This document shows positions 1-6,973 of a stretch of DNA of 24,581 nt, piece after piece. This DNA is from a virus (Duplodnaviria > Caudoviricetes). The notes under the pieces were generated by a model that worked only from the letters and a program-made list of their open reading frames with translations, was not told where the DNA came from and searched no databases. The first letter of the stretch is position 1, and each line of letters begins with the position of its first letter. The position numbers and the translations under genes are program-made. The DNA lies in the IMG/VR virus record IMGVR_UViG_3300026196_000024, positions 1-24,581 of that record; one strand, given 5' to 3'.

Positions 1-212
1 GGCACATCTACAGCCTGGTATACGCGTTCCATCTCCTGAATAAATGACTGCCTAGCAGGCCATTCGCCTGTGTTGATCGGGATCATCTCGACTATGGGGC
101 TATCGTCGGTCTCGATCTTGGCGCAGCGTTTGGGCTTTGCATTGGCTAACTCCTCACGCACAACGCGCCGGATGATGCGTTCCAGACGCGACCACTTATC
201 CTCGGCTTCCAT
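1..212 (-). CDS. Partial CDS (runs off the left edge), putative phage replication-initiator-like protein
   Basis: Manual translation from ATG at 212: MEAEDKWSRLERIIRRVVREELANAKPKRCAKIETDDSPIVEMIPINTGEWPARQSFIQEMERVYQAVDV... The 'PxNTGE...Y(P/Q)AVDV' segment recalls C-terminal domains of phage replication proteins. Absent from the ORF track. Confidence 0.5.
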   Translation of the reverse strand, partial: MEAEDKWSRLERIIRRVVREELANAKPKRCAKIETDDSPIVEMIPINTGEWPARQSFIQEMERVYQAVDV

Positions 213-330
213 CGGCTGGAGCTTTAGGCTTGTTCCATGATGGGCTACCACAGTTAGGGCAGCGCAAAGGGGCTTCCTTGCGAGGAATCCATTGATGGTT
301 ACAGCGGGAGCAGTGAAGGTAGCTAATCAT
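196..330 (-). CDS. Small zinc-ribbon protein (44 aa)
   Basis: Manual translation: MISYLHCSRCNHQWIPRKEAPLRCPNCGSPSWNKPKAPADGSRG*. Two CxxC motifs with W-x-P-R and SPxWNKP. Overlaps the next ATG (212) in the same operon. Confidence 0.75.
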   Translation of the reverse strand: MISYLHCSRCNHQWIPRKEAPLRCPNCGSPSWNKPKAPADGSRG

Positions 331-351
331 TCGTTTGATTGAGGTTCGGTG

Positions 352-543
352 CTACTGCACCACTACTGTTGCGCGCCTTAGAAAGTATCCATGCTTTCTC
401 AATTCTTCCTCCAAGTCTTCAAGCTTTATGTCCTTACCCTTGTATTTGAGGAGTTCTCGCGCTCCAGCTAGCAGCGCGCCTTTCTTAGTTGCGTAGACAC
501 AAACCACACCGCCTCTTGAGTGGACAACAGCCCATTCCCTCAC
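352..543 (-). CDS. Hypothetical phage protein (~63 aa)
   Basis: ORF track 352..582. GTG at 543 is preceded by AAGGAGG and avoids overlap with the upstream gene, so it is the preferred start. Confidence 0.6.
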   Translation of the reverse strand: MREWAVVHSRGGVVCVYATKKGALLAGARELLKYKGKDIKLEDLEEELRKHGYFLRRATVVVQ

Positions 544-556
544 GATCCCTCCTTGT

Positions 557-1027
557 TCATGCTGCGCCGATTTCCTCGACACCTTCCGCGCCTTGGTTGA
601 TCGCCTCCTCGATTGCGCCGTCTAGCATACGAGTCAAGCGCGTACTGCCATCCTCTGCCTCATGGTTGAGTGCTTGCTCGACTGCTCTAGCAAACACAGC
701 CGTATCGGTGACCTTGAAACGCCCGCGATCAGCATCTGCATCCCAAAGGGCGGGGCAGTGGAGCGTGGCAAATGCAAGGACTTTTTCACCAACTCTCATA
801 TCCAATTGCCCACGGACCGCTCGGCACGTCAACGGCAAATCGTCTGCAATCGGCACAACTTCCGGTCGCGCCGATTCTGATTTACCGCGTTCGTACTCTC
901 TGATCCTGTAATCGGATAGCTTGCGGAGCAGGGACATCACTTCCTTGTGCTCAACCTCTATCCCCTGGTCGTTCAGCCATTCGTAGACCGCGTTCTGCTC
1001 GAACCAAGTTCCAGCTCCATCACTCAT
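557..1027 (-). CDS. Hypothetical phage protein (~156 aa), first gene of the leftward operon
   Basis: ORF track 557..1042. ATG at 1027 has GGAG upstream. Lies just downstream of a near-consensus promoter. Confidence 0.7.
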   Translation of the reverse strand: MSDGAGTWFEQNAVYEWLNDQGIEVEHKEVMSLLRKLSDYRIREYERGKSESARPEVVPIADDLPLTCRAVRGQLDMRVGEKVLAFATLHCPALWDADADRGRFKVTDTAVFARAVEQALNHEAEDGSTRLTRMLDGAIEEAINQGAEGVEEIGAA

Positions 1028-1052
1028 GGCGCGAATCTCCATTCATACCCTT

Positions 1053-1083
1053 ATTATATCTGCATCATTATGCGGATAGTCAA
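1053..1083 (-). promoter_or_regulatory. Leftward sigma70-type promoter with overlapping dyad (operator candidate)
   Basis: TTGACT (1083-1078), 19-nt spacer, TATAAT (1058-1053). Imperfect palindrome TATCTGCATCA/TTATGCGGATA at 1057-1078 (9 of 11 positions pair). Confidence 0.65.
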
Positions 1084-1331
1084 CAAGATTCTTCCTATCG
1101 CAAATCTATTTCCCATAGTTCAGCCATGCACTAGACCTTCCTAGGGCATTGATTTCCAGGTAGATTCCGCTTTCAGGCGTCCGTATCGTGGACTAGGCGC
1201 TTCATCGTGCTTTGCCTGTTCATGCGAGTACCTCTACCAAGTCTCGCTCCCCGGCTGTGGAGGGCGTAGCTACCCGCTATGGGCCGGCATGTAACGTCGC
1301 TGTCGGCAACGATCCTTGCGCAGGTTGTGCG

Positions 1332-1404
1332 CCTGGGTTGCGCCACACTAGGGGTTGTGCTAGATTGAGGGTCATCCACTCCCTGTGGTGTGGCTGCACC
1401 CAGG
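1332..1404. other. Long imperfect inverted repeat / structured RNA candidate
   Basis: CCTGGGTTGCGCCACACTAGGGG (1332-1354) pairs with CCCTGTGGTGTGGCTGCACCCAGG (1381-1404) with a few bulges and G-U pairs. Confidence 0.55.
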
Positions 1405-1408
1405 ATTT

Positions 1409-1450
1409 GAAGCCCTCGCGAGTCATAAGCTCCCGGGGGCTTCGTCTTTA
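1409..1450 (+). terminator. GC-rich hairpin, possible intrinsic terminator
   Basis: GAAGCCCTCG..GAG / CTC..CGGGGGCTTC stem (1409-1443) followed by GTCTTTA. The U-tract is weak. Confidence 0.45.
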
Positions 1451-1456
1451 TACCCC

Positions 1457-1485
1457 TTGATTAATTCTGGTGCAAGGGCTATAAG
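1457..1485 (+). promoter_or_regulatory. Rightward sigma70-type promoter candidate
   Basis: TTGATT (1457-1462), 17-nt spacer, TATAAG (1480-1485). Confidence 0.5.
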
Positions 1486-1491
1486 ATTCAT

Positions 1492-1563
1492 TCATGGCTA
1501 CACAACGCCTCAAGACCTCCTCCCTGATAGGCGTTGCTTGCCCCTTAGACGGGGCTTTTTATT
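1492..1563 (+). ncRNA. Candidate ~70-nt sRNA or late leader with a CCUCCUCCC loop (cuckoo/alpha-r14-like motif)
   Basis: Perfect 8-bp stem CAACGCCT (1503-1510)/AGGCGTTG (1529-1536) with CCTCCTCCC (1516-1524) in the loop, bounded by a promoter candidate and a terminator. The 5' end is inferred. Confidence 0.5.
1540..1563 (+). terminator. Rho-independent terminator
   Basis: GCCCC-TTAGAC-GGGGC followed by TTTTTATT. Confidence 0.75.
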
Positions 1564-1573
1564 GCGAGCCTCG

Positions 1574-1777
1574 ATGAATCGAAGACCTCAGCATCGTGGC
1601 CCTAAAGGCGGATTTAATCTGCCTAAACCTGTTGTCGTCAAACCTCGCATGCAATGGGAAGACTCCCCGGCTAAAGCTGTGCGGTGGTGTCGAGCTGGTC
1701 GTTGGAATCCTGAGGGCACGCAGTTACGTAACCAGCGTGGTCGAGTGATCTGGAGCGACGAATGCCCAAGTTCCTAG
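1574..1777 (+). CDS. Hypothetical basic protein (67 aa)
   Basis: 3' part of ORF-track 1385..1777, taken from ATG 1574 just after the terminator. Overlaps the next gene's start. No strong SD. Confidence 0.4.
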   Translation: MNRRPQHRGPKGGFNLPKPVVVKPRMQWEDSPAKAVRWCRAGRWNPEGTQLRNQRGRVIWSDECPSS

Positions 1778-1941
1778 AGGCGAAGCTGAAAAAGGAATAC
1801 GGAGCCAAGAGCGATATTCCCTACGCCATCATGAACAAAATGGGTGTCATGCACGGCAGCAAGGAAACCGAGAAAGGCGTCGAGATGGACAAGAAGCACA
1901 AGCGTCACATGGTCGCCCAAGCAATGAGGAAACACCGTTGA
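1762..1941 (+). CDS. Small Lys/His/Met-rich phage protein (59 aa)
   Basis: Manual translation: MPKFLEAKLKKEYGAKSDIPYAIMNKMGVMHGSKETEKGVEMDKKHKRHMVAQAMRKHR*. GGAG upstream and codon style like the late genes. Below the ORF-track cutoff. Confidence 0.75.
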   Translation: MPKFLEAKLKKEYGAKSDIPYAIMNKMGVMHGSKETEKGVEMDKKHKRHMVAQAMRKHR

Positions 1942-2018
1942 GTTCAGCAGCTTCAACAGCGGGTTTTCTGTGTAGACTTGGGCTGATCCCTGGATCTCCC
2001 AGAGAACCCAAGCAACAG

Positions 2019-2120
2019 ATGAGACTATGCTCAGTCTGTCACGAGAGAATCCCGGTCAAGGCACACGAGTTTCACATGCTCATTGCGCATGCTAAATCTG
2101 TAAGTCATTCAAACCTATAG
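2019..2120 (+). CDS. Possible small CxxC/His zinc-binding peptide
   Basis: MRLCSVCHERIPVKAHEFHMLIAH... within ORF-track 1938..2120. Start uncertain. Confidence 0.3.
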   Translation: MRLCSVCHERIPVKAHEFHMLIAHAKSVSHSNL

Positions 2121-2130
2121 CAAATAAACA

Positions 2131-2346
2131 ATGGCTAGGACAGTAGGCGCTAAGAACAAGATCAGCGGACAGGCCAAGGAGAACATCCAGGCTGTCTTCG
2201 TTCGCCTTGGAAGTACTGCAGCAATGGCTGAGTGGGCGAGAGAGAACAGGACCGAGTTCTACCGGATCTACGCTAGGCTGCTCCCGATTGAGGGTCCGGG
2301 AGATAACGGCGAGCACAAGATGGAAATTATCCACAGGATGCTGTGA
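2131..2346 (+). CDS. Putative terminase small subunit
   Basis: Overlaps the TerL start (GTGA). The pattern GAKNK..KE.I..VF..LG...MAEWAREN.TEFY.IYARLLP is typical of small proteins preceding TerL. Confidence 0.65.
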   Translation: MARTVGAKNKISGQAKENIQAVFVRLGSTAAMAEWARENRTEFYRIYARLLPIEGPGDNGEHKMEIIHRML

Positions 2347-3701
2347 GTGCCCAAGCCTTCATCGACTTTGCGGCTCGTCCATACCAGCGGCCAGTCGTTC
2401 AGTGGTTCAGGGACGGAGGCAAGAGAGCCTTCTGTGTCTGGCATCGCAAGGCAGGTAAAGACAGGACCGCGACGTTCATCGAGTCCGAGCTTGCGTTTAA
2501 TCGTGTGGGACTGTACTGGCACGCTCTCCCGAAGTACGAAGACGCAAGAAAGGTTATCTGGGACGCCATTACGCCGGATGGCAAGCGGCTCATTGACATC
2601 AATTTCCCGGACGCCATTTGCAAGCGAAAGAACGCCCACGAAATGAAGATCGAACTACTCAACGGCTCGATCTGGCAACCTGTAGGAGCGGATAACTTCA
2701 ACAGCCTTGTTGGAGCCTTTCCGGTTCATGTGACCTACTCAGAGTTCGCCCTGATGAATCCAAAGGCGAGGGAGTACCTGAGACCCGCCATAGCGATGAA
2801 CGACGGCACAGAGCTTCTGATAACGACTCCTAGGGGCTATAACCACGCTCACGATACCTGGCAACATGCAGAATCGAGCAAGGACTGGTACACGTCGCTT
2901 CTGACCCACGAGGACACGAATTGCGTATCGGCCTCTGTGATCGAGGAGGAAAGGGCTACGATGCCCGATGAGATGTTCAGGCAGGAGTGGTTATGTGACT
3001 GGTCAGCGGCTAACGTGGGGTCTATCCTGGGCCGGTATGTCGAGCAGGCCGAGAAAGAGGGACGGATTCACGACAGTGTTGAAGCAGACGACGAAGTTAT
3101 CCTCAGCTCAGACATCGGATACCGGGATACCGCGACGTGGTGGTTCTGGATCGTGCGTCACGGCGGATTTTCCCTGGTCAACTACGATGAAGATTCAGGT
3201 CTCGATGCCGAGGAGTGGATTCCGAGGCTGCAGAACAGCGGATACAAGATCAAGCAAATCTGGCTCCCTCAAGACGCCAAGGTAAAGACATTTCAGTCCC
3301 GTCACAGCGCCCTGGAGCAGTTCCTGAAGGCTTTTGGAGACACCAAGATCAAGATCGTCCCTCCAAGCTCCAAGACCGACAGAATCAACGCAGCCCGGAC
3401 CGTGATGAGACATTGCGAGTTCCACAAGACCAACTGTAAAGCTGGGCTGAACGGGCTTAGAAACTGGTCGTTCAAGTTCAATGATGAGACTAAGGCTTTC
3501 TCGAAAGAGCCCGAGCATGACTGGGCCTCGCATCCTGGAGACGGGTTTTCGTATGGGGCGCAGGTCATGCAAGAACGTGTTGCAGAGGCACCAAAGCGCA
3601 CGGCGAAACAAGAGATCGAAGCTGCAGCGAAGCATATTCCGACGTTTGATGAGCTGGTCAAGCGCCATGAAGCCAAACACAGTAAGCGAGCGAGAGTCTG
3701 A
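2343..3701 (+). CDS. terL: Terminase large subunit
   Basis: ARPYQ adenine-binding motif, Walker A-like WHRKAGKD, Walker B-like VTYSEFA, coupling motif ITTPRG, nuclease motifs SSDIGYRD and PEHDWASHPGDGFSY. Confidence 0.95.
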   Translation: MSAQAFIDFAARPYQRPVVQWFRDGGKRAFCVWHRKAGKDRTATFIESELAFNRVGLYWHALPKYEDARKVIWDAITPDGKRLIDINFPDAICKRKNAHEMKIELLNGSIWQPVGADNFNSLVGAFPVHVTYSEFALMNPKAREYLRPAIAMNDGTELLITTPRGYNHAHDTWQHAESSKDWYTSLLTHEDTNCVSASVIEEERATMPDEMFRQEWLCDWSAANVGSILGRYVEQAEKEGRIHDSVEADDEVILSSDIGYRDTATWWFWIVRHGGFSLVNYDEDSGLDAEEWIPRLQNSGYKIKQIWLPQDAKVKTFQSRHSALEQFLKAFGDTKIKIVPPSSKTDRINAARTVMRHCEFHKTNCKAGLNGLRNWSFKFNDETKAFSKEPEHDWASHPGDGFSYGAQVMQERVAEAPKRTAKQEIEAAAKHIPTFDELVKRHEAKHSKRARV

Positions 3702-6184
3702 TGGCCGCTGATCCTTCAAACGCTATTACCTCCGACACGGAGGCAAGTCTTGAATCCAAGACCGGCAAAGCGAAGCCTTCCGAGATAGTATCTCGCTGGC
3801 TCAGGGAGTTGGACGCTGCAGACAGGCACGAGAGCACCTGGCGCGACCGTGCCGAGAAGATCGGCAAGCTCTACGCAGACGAGAGAGATAGAGCCATCAC
3901 GGAAGAAGTGAATTCAGGCTTACGGCGCTTCAATATCCTGTTTGCCAATACCGAAGTCACCCGGGGCGCGCTGTATTCCCAGACGCCCACTCCAGACATC
4001 CGCAGAAGGTTCCTGGATAAAGACCCTGTAGGCCGTGTCGGCGCTACGATCTTGGGCCGTTCTATTTCCGCCCAGATTGCTTATCAGCATGATGGGGAAG
4101 ATTTCGATTCCGTGCTTAAAGCATGCGTATTCGATATGGCCCTTCCAGGTAGGGGAGTTGCCAGAATCAAGTACGTTCCGACCATCAACAGCTATCAGAA
4201 CAGGGTTCCTGTCGAGCCTCCTACTGATGGCGCTGTCTTACCTGAAGACGTGCAGGAAGACGCTCAGGGCATGTTCCGCATGGAGCAGGTGGACGATGTA
4301 GTGAACGAATGTGTAGAGGTCGATTATGTCGAATGGTCGATGTTCCGGTATTCACCTGCCAAGCGGTGGAAGAAGGTCAGGTGGGTGGCCTTTGGCGAGT
4401 TACTGACGAGAGATGACCTGATTAAGCAGTTCGGCGAGAAGATCGGCAGTGCCGTGAATATGAAGTGGATGCCCAAAGGCATAGAAGACACCGAAGAAAA
4501 CAGGATCTTCAAGCGGGCTTTGGTGTGGACGATCTGGAACAAGACGCAAAGGCGCTGCATCGTCGTAACCGATGGGTATAAGGACGCCCCGCTTAAAGAG
4601 CAGGACGATCCTTTGAAACTGGAAGGGTTCTTCCCGATGCCGCCGCCTCTTTACGACATCGCCCGTACAGACAGTCTTGTTCCGGTTCCTGAGTACGCTA
4701 TTTATCAGGACCACGCCATGCAGTTGGACGCTATCGAGGAGCGTATAGCCGCGCTTACAGACGCTCTACGCTATCGCGGTGTAAGGGATTCATCGGTCGA
4801 GGAGTTGGAAGGGTTAGCCAGTGCAGGGGATAACAAGTTCGTCCCGGTAAAGGACTATCGCCAGTTCATGGAAAAGGGCGGTCTTTCCCAAGCTTTTCAG
4901 GTCTTGGAGATCGCTGATCTGGCTTCGGTGATTTTGGAGTTGGTCAAGCAAGCCGACTCGAAAAAGCAGCAGATATACGAGATCATCGGTCTGTCGGACA
5001 TCATGCGAGGGGCTACCAAGGCCACAGAGACTCTGGGAGCGCAGGAACTAAAGAACCAGTGGGGTTCGATCCGACTCGGGCCCAGACAGGCAGAGGTACA
5101 GCGTTTCGCAAGAGACTTGGTGCGTTTGATGGCTGAAGTGATTGCAGAGCATTTCAGTCCCAAGTCTTTGGCTGTGATGACGGGGATTCAGCTATTCGAT
5201 ACCGTCGCCGAGAAACAGCAGGCCATGCAGATGGCCGCTCAACCACAACAGCAGCCACAACAGCCTCAGCAGGCTGTCGAGCAGGCAGAAAGTAAAGATC
5301 CCCGCTTCGACCGTCCGACCTGGGAAGAAGTTACGGCCGTTCTGCGTGACGATAAGCTCAGGTCTTTCCGCATCGACATCGAGACTGATTCCACGATCCA
5401 ACCCAATGCGGATAATGAGCAGAAAAACCGTGTAAGTCTTGTTACGGCTGTGACGAGCTATATGGAAAAAGCGTTACCCGCAGTTCAGCAAGGTATCTTA
5501 CCCAAGAAGTTCGCTGCTGAGCTCCTGGTGTTTGCGGTGAGAGCGTTCAAGTCCGGCCCACAGATAGAAGAGTTGCTGGATGAATGGTCTGGCAATGAAA
5601 TGGAGCAGGAAAAGCAGTCTCCTGAGTTGGTGCAATTACAGCAGGAGAATGCACAGCTTAAACAGTTGGCGGACGAGAATGCGGTCAAGAGCAAAGAGCT
5701 GGATGTGAGGATGGTAGAGGCTAATGCGAAGCTTCAAGAAGCCCAAAAACCTCCAGAGGTTCAGACTCCTGAAGACCAGCAAATAGCTGTTAGAAAGGAG
5801 AACTTCGACCGTTGGAAGGTGGTTATCGACAACGCGGCTAAGATTCTTGTCGCGCAGATTTCGGCAAAAGTCGGATCCCCAGAAGAAGAGCAATCCATTC
5901 AGATGGCAGATCAGGCTTTTCGTTCTGAGGTGATGTCTTCCATTGGCCGGATTTCTGAAGATCACAACAACGCTGTAGCTGGGCTGGGAGACGCCCTACA
6001 GGGCATTGGAGATCATCTGCAAGGAATGATGGAGCATATTTCTTCCCCCGCTGAGATAATTCGTGATCCTCAGGGCCGCGCCACGCATATAGCGAAGGCA
6101 GGACGGTTATTCCCTATATCCAGGTCGCAAGATGGGAAAGTCTCTGGAGTCGGTGCGATGCAAAGCTCTCAAAACATCCAATGA
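3701..6184 (+). CDS. Portal protein with long coiled-coil C-terminal extension
   Basis: 827 aa directly after TerL. Motifs FNILFAN, LPGRGVARI, DPLKLEGFFPMPPP, YEIIGLSDIMRG..ETLGAQ, FRIDIETDSTI. Q/E-rich tail. Confidence 0.88.
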   Translation: MAADPSNAITSDTEASLESKTGKAKPSEIVSRWLRELDAADRHESTWRDRAEKIGKLYADERDRAITEEVNSGLRRFNILFANTEVTRGALYSQTPTPDIRRRFLDKDPVGRVGATILGRSISAQIAYQHDGEDFDSVLKACVFDMALPGRGVARIKYVPTINSYQNRVPVEPPTDGAVLPEDVQEDAQGMFRMEQVDDVVNECVEVDYVEWSMFRYSPAKRWKKVRWVAFGELLTRDDLIKQFGEKIGSAVNMKWMPKGIEDTEENRIFKRALVWTIWNKTQRRCIVVTDGYKDAPLKEQDDPLKLEGFFPMPPPLYDIARTDSLVPVPEYAIYQDHAMQLDAIEERIAALTDALRYRGVRDSSVEELEGLASAGDNKFVPVKDYRQFMEKGGLSQAFQVLEIADLASVILELVKQADSKKQQIYEIIGLSDIMRGATKATETLGAQELKNQWGSIRLGPRQAEVQRFARDLVRLMAEVIAEHFSPKSLAVMTGIQLFDTVAEKQQAMQMAAQPQQQPQQPQQAVEQAESKDPRFDRPTWEEVTAVLRDDKLRSFRIDIETDSTIQPNADNEQKNRVSLVTAVTSYMEKALPAVQQGILPKKFAAELLVFAVRAFKSGPQIEELLDEWSGNEMEQEKQSPELVQLQQENAQLKQLADENAVKSKELDVRMVEANAKLQEAQKPPEVQTPEDQQIAVRKENFDRWKVVIDNAAKILVAQISAKVGSPEEEQSIQMADQAFRSEVMSSIGRISEDHNNAVAGLGDALQGIGDHLQGMMEHISSPAEIIRDPQGRATHIAKAGRLFPISRSQDGKVSGVGAMQSSQNIQ

Positions 6185-6187
6185 GGA

Positions 6188-6400
6188 TTGATGATAAACA
6201 TCACTAGAGACTGCGGCAAAACGATCGAACAAGCAGACGAGAACTTATTCGAGAAGCGAGAAGGCGTTTTTGACGACGAAAACGAACACACTACTTGGGT
6301 CGAATACTGGGAAGGCGAGAAGCTTGTCCACAGGTCTGCCCATGTGACGATTAAACGGGTTCAGTCTATTCAGAACGTAGCGGGAGGTTTCGGTGGCTAA
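6188..6400 (+). CDS. Conserved phage hypothetical protein (70 aa)
   Basis: Fills the gap between portal and the next gene. EKREG..NEHTTWVEYW.GE.LVHRSAHVT pattern. Start may be ATG 6191. Confidence 0.7.
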   Translation: MMINITRDCGKTIEQADENLFEKREGVFDDENEHTTWVEYWEGEKLVHRSAHVTIKRVQSIQNVAGGFGG

Positions 6401-6851
6401 TAGCGCAGCAGTATGCACGTCGTTCAAGGTCGAGGCCCTGAAAGCGATTCACGCATTCGGGACTACCGTTACCAGGGGCGGAACCGGAGCGGATACGTTC
6501 AATATCGCCCTGTTTCTAGCTTCGGCTTCGTTAGGAGCTGCAACAACTGCCTATAGCACTACGGGAGAGCTTGCGGCCTCCGGTAACTATACCCAGGGAG
6601 GTAAGGCGGTTACGAACGCGACCGCTCCGAATTCAAGCGGGACTACGGCATTCTGGACCCCATCGGCTAATCTGACCTGGACTGCGCTAACTTCTTCTGG
6701 ATCGTTCGACTGTGCGCTGCTGTATAACGCAACCCAGTCTAATAAGGCTGTAGCTGTGTATACCTTCGGGGCTCAGTCCATCTCGGCAGGAGACTTTACC
6801 CTGACGATGCCGACCAATGATTCCAGCACCGGCCTTCTGAGGGTTGCATGA
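6393..6851 (+). CDS. Small Ala/Thr/Ser-rich virion structural protein
   Basis: GGAGG then GTG start. CTSFK.E....H.F...DTF.IALF...A.LGAATTAYS..GE...NYTQGG, a beta-rich pattern often seen in phage structural modules. Confidence 0.75.
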   Translation: MANSAAVCTSFKVEALKAIHAFGTTVTRGGTGADTFNIALFLASASLGAATTAYSTTGELAASGNYTQGGKAVTNATAPNSSGTTAFWTPSANLTWTALTSSGSFDCALLYNATQSNKAVAVYTFGAQSISAGDFTLTMPTNDSSTGLLRVA

Positions 6852-6964
6852 AAATAGCCGCTATCGCTGCCATCATCGCCGCCTGCATTGCCGGGGCGGT
6901 CGGTGTCGAGCAGGAGATCAGCATTCCGCACGGGGTGCACTTCCCGCCGGCCAACTGCAAATAG
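6848..6964 (+). CDS. 38-aa peptide with signal/TM-like N-terminus
   Basis: ATGA overlap with the upstream stop. MKIAAIAAIIAACIAGAVGVEQEISIPHGVHFPPANCK* ends 9 nt before the next ATG. Confidence 0.5.
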   Translation: MKIAAIAAIIAACIAGAVGVEQEISIPHGVHFPPANCK

Positions 6965-6973
6965 GATTATCTA

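Noticed and set aside
1385-1573. 5' extension of the 130-aa ORF 1385..1777
   Set aside because: It runs through two terminator-like hairpins and a promoter candidate, so ATG 1574 is more plausible.
1043-2130. tRNA gene or CRISPR mini-array in the intergenic region
   Set aside because: No cloverleaf with a TTCGA T-loop and no regularly spaced direct repeats were found by eye.
5215-5285. CAG/CAA-rich repeat in the portal gene
   Set aside because: Encodes a low-complexity Q/P loop, which is ordinary in portals of this type.
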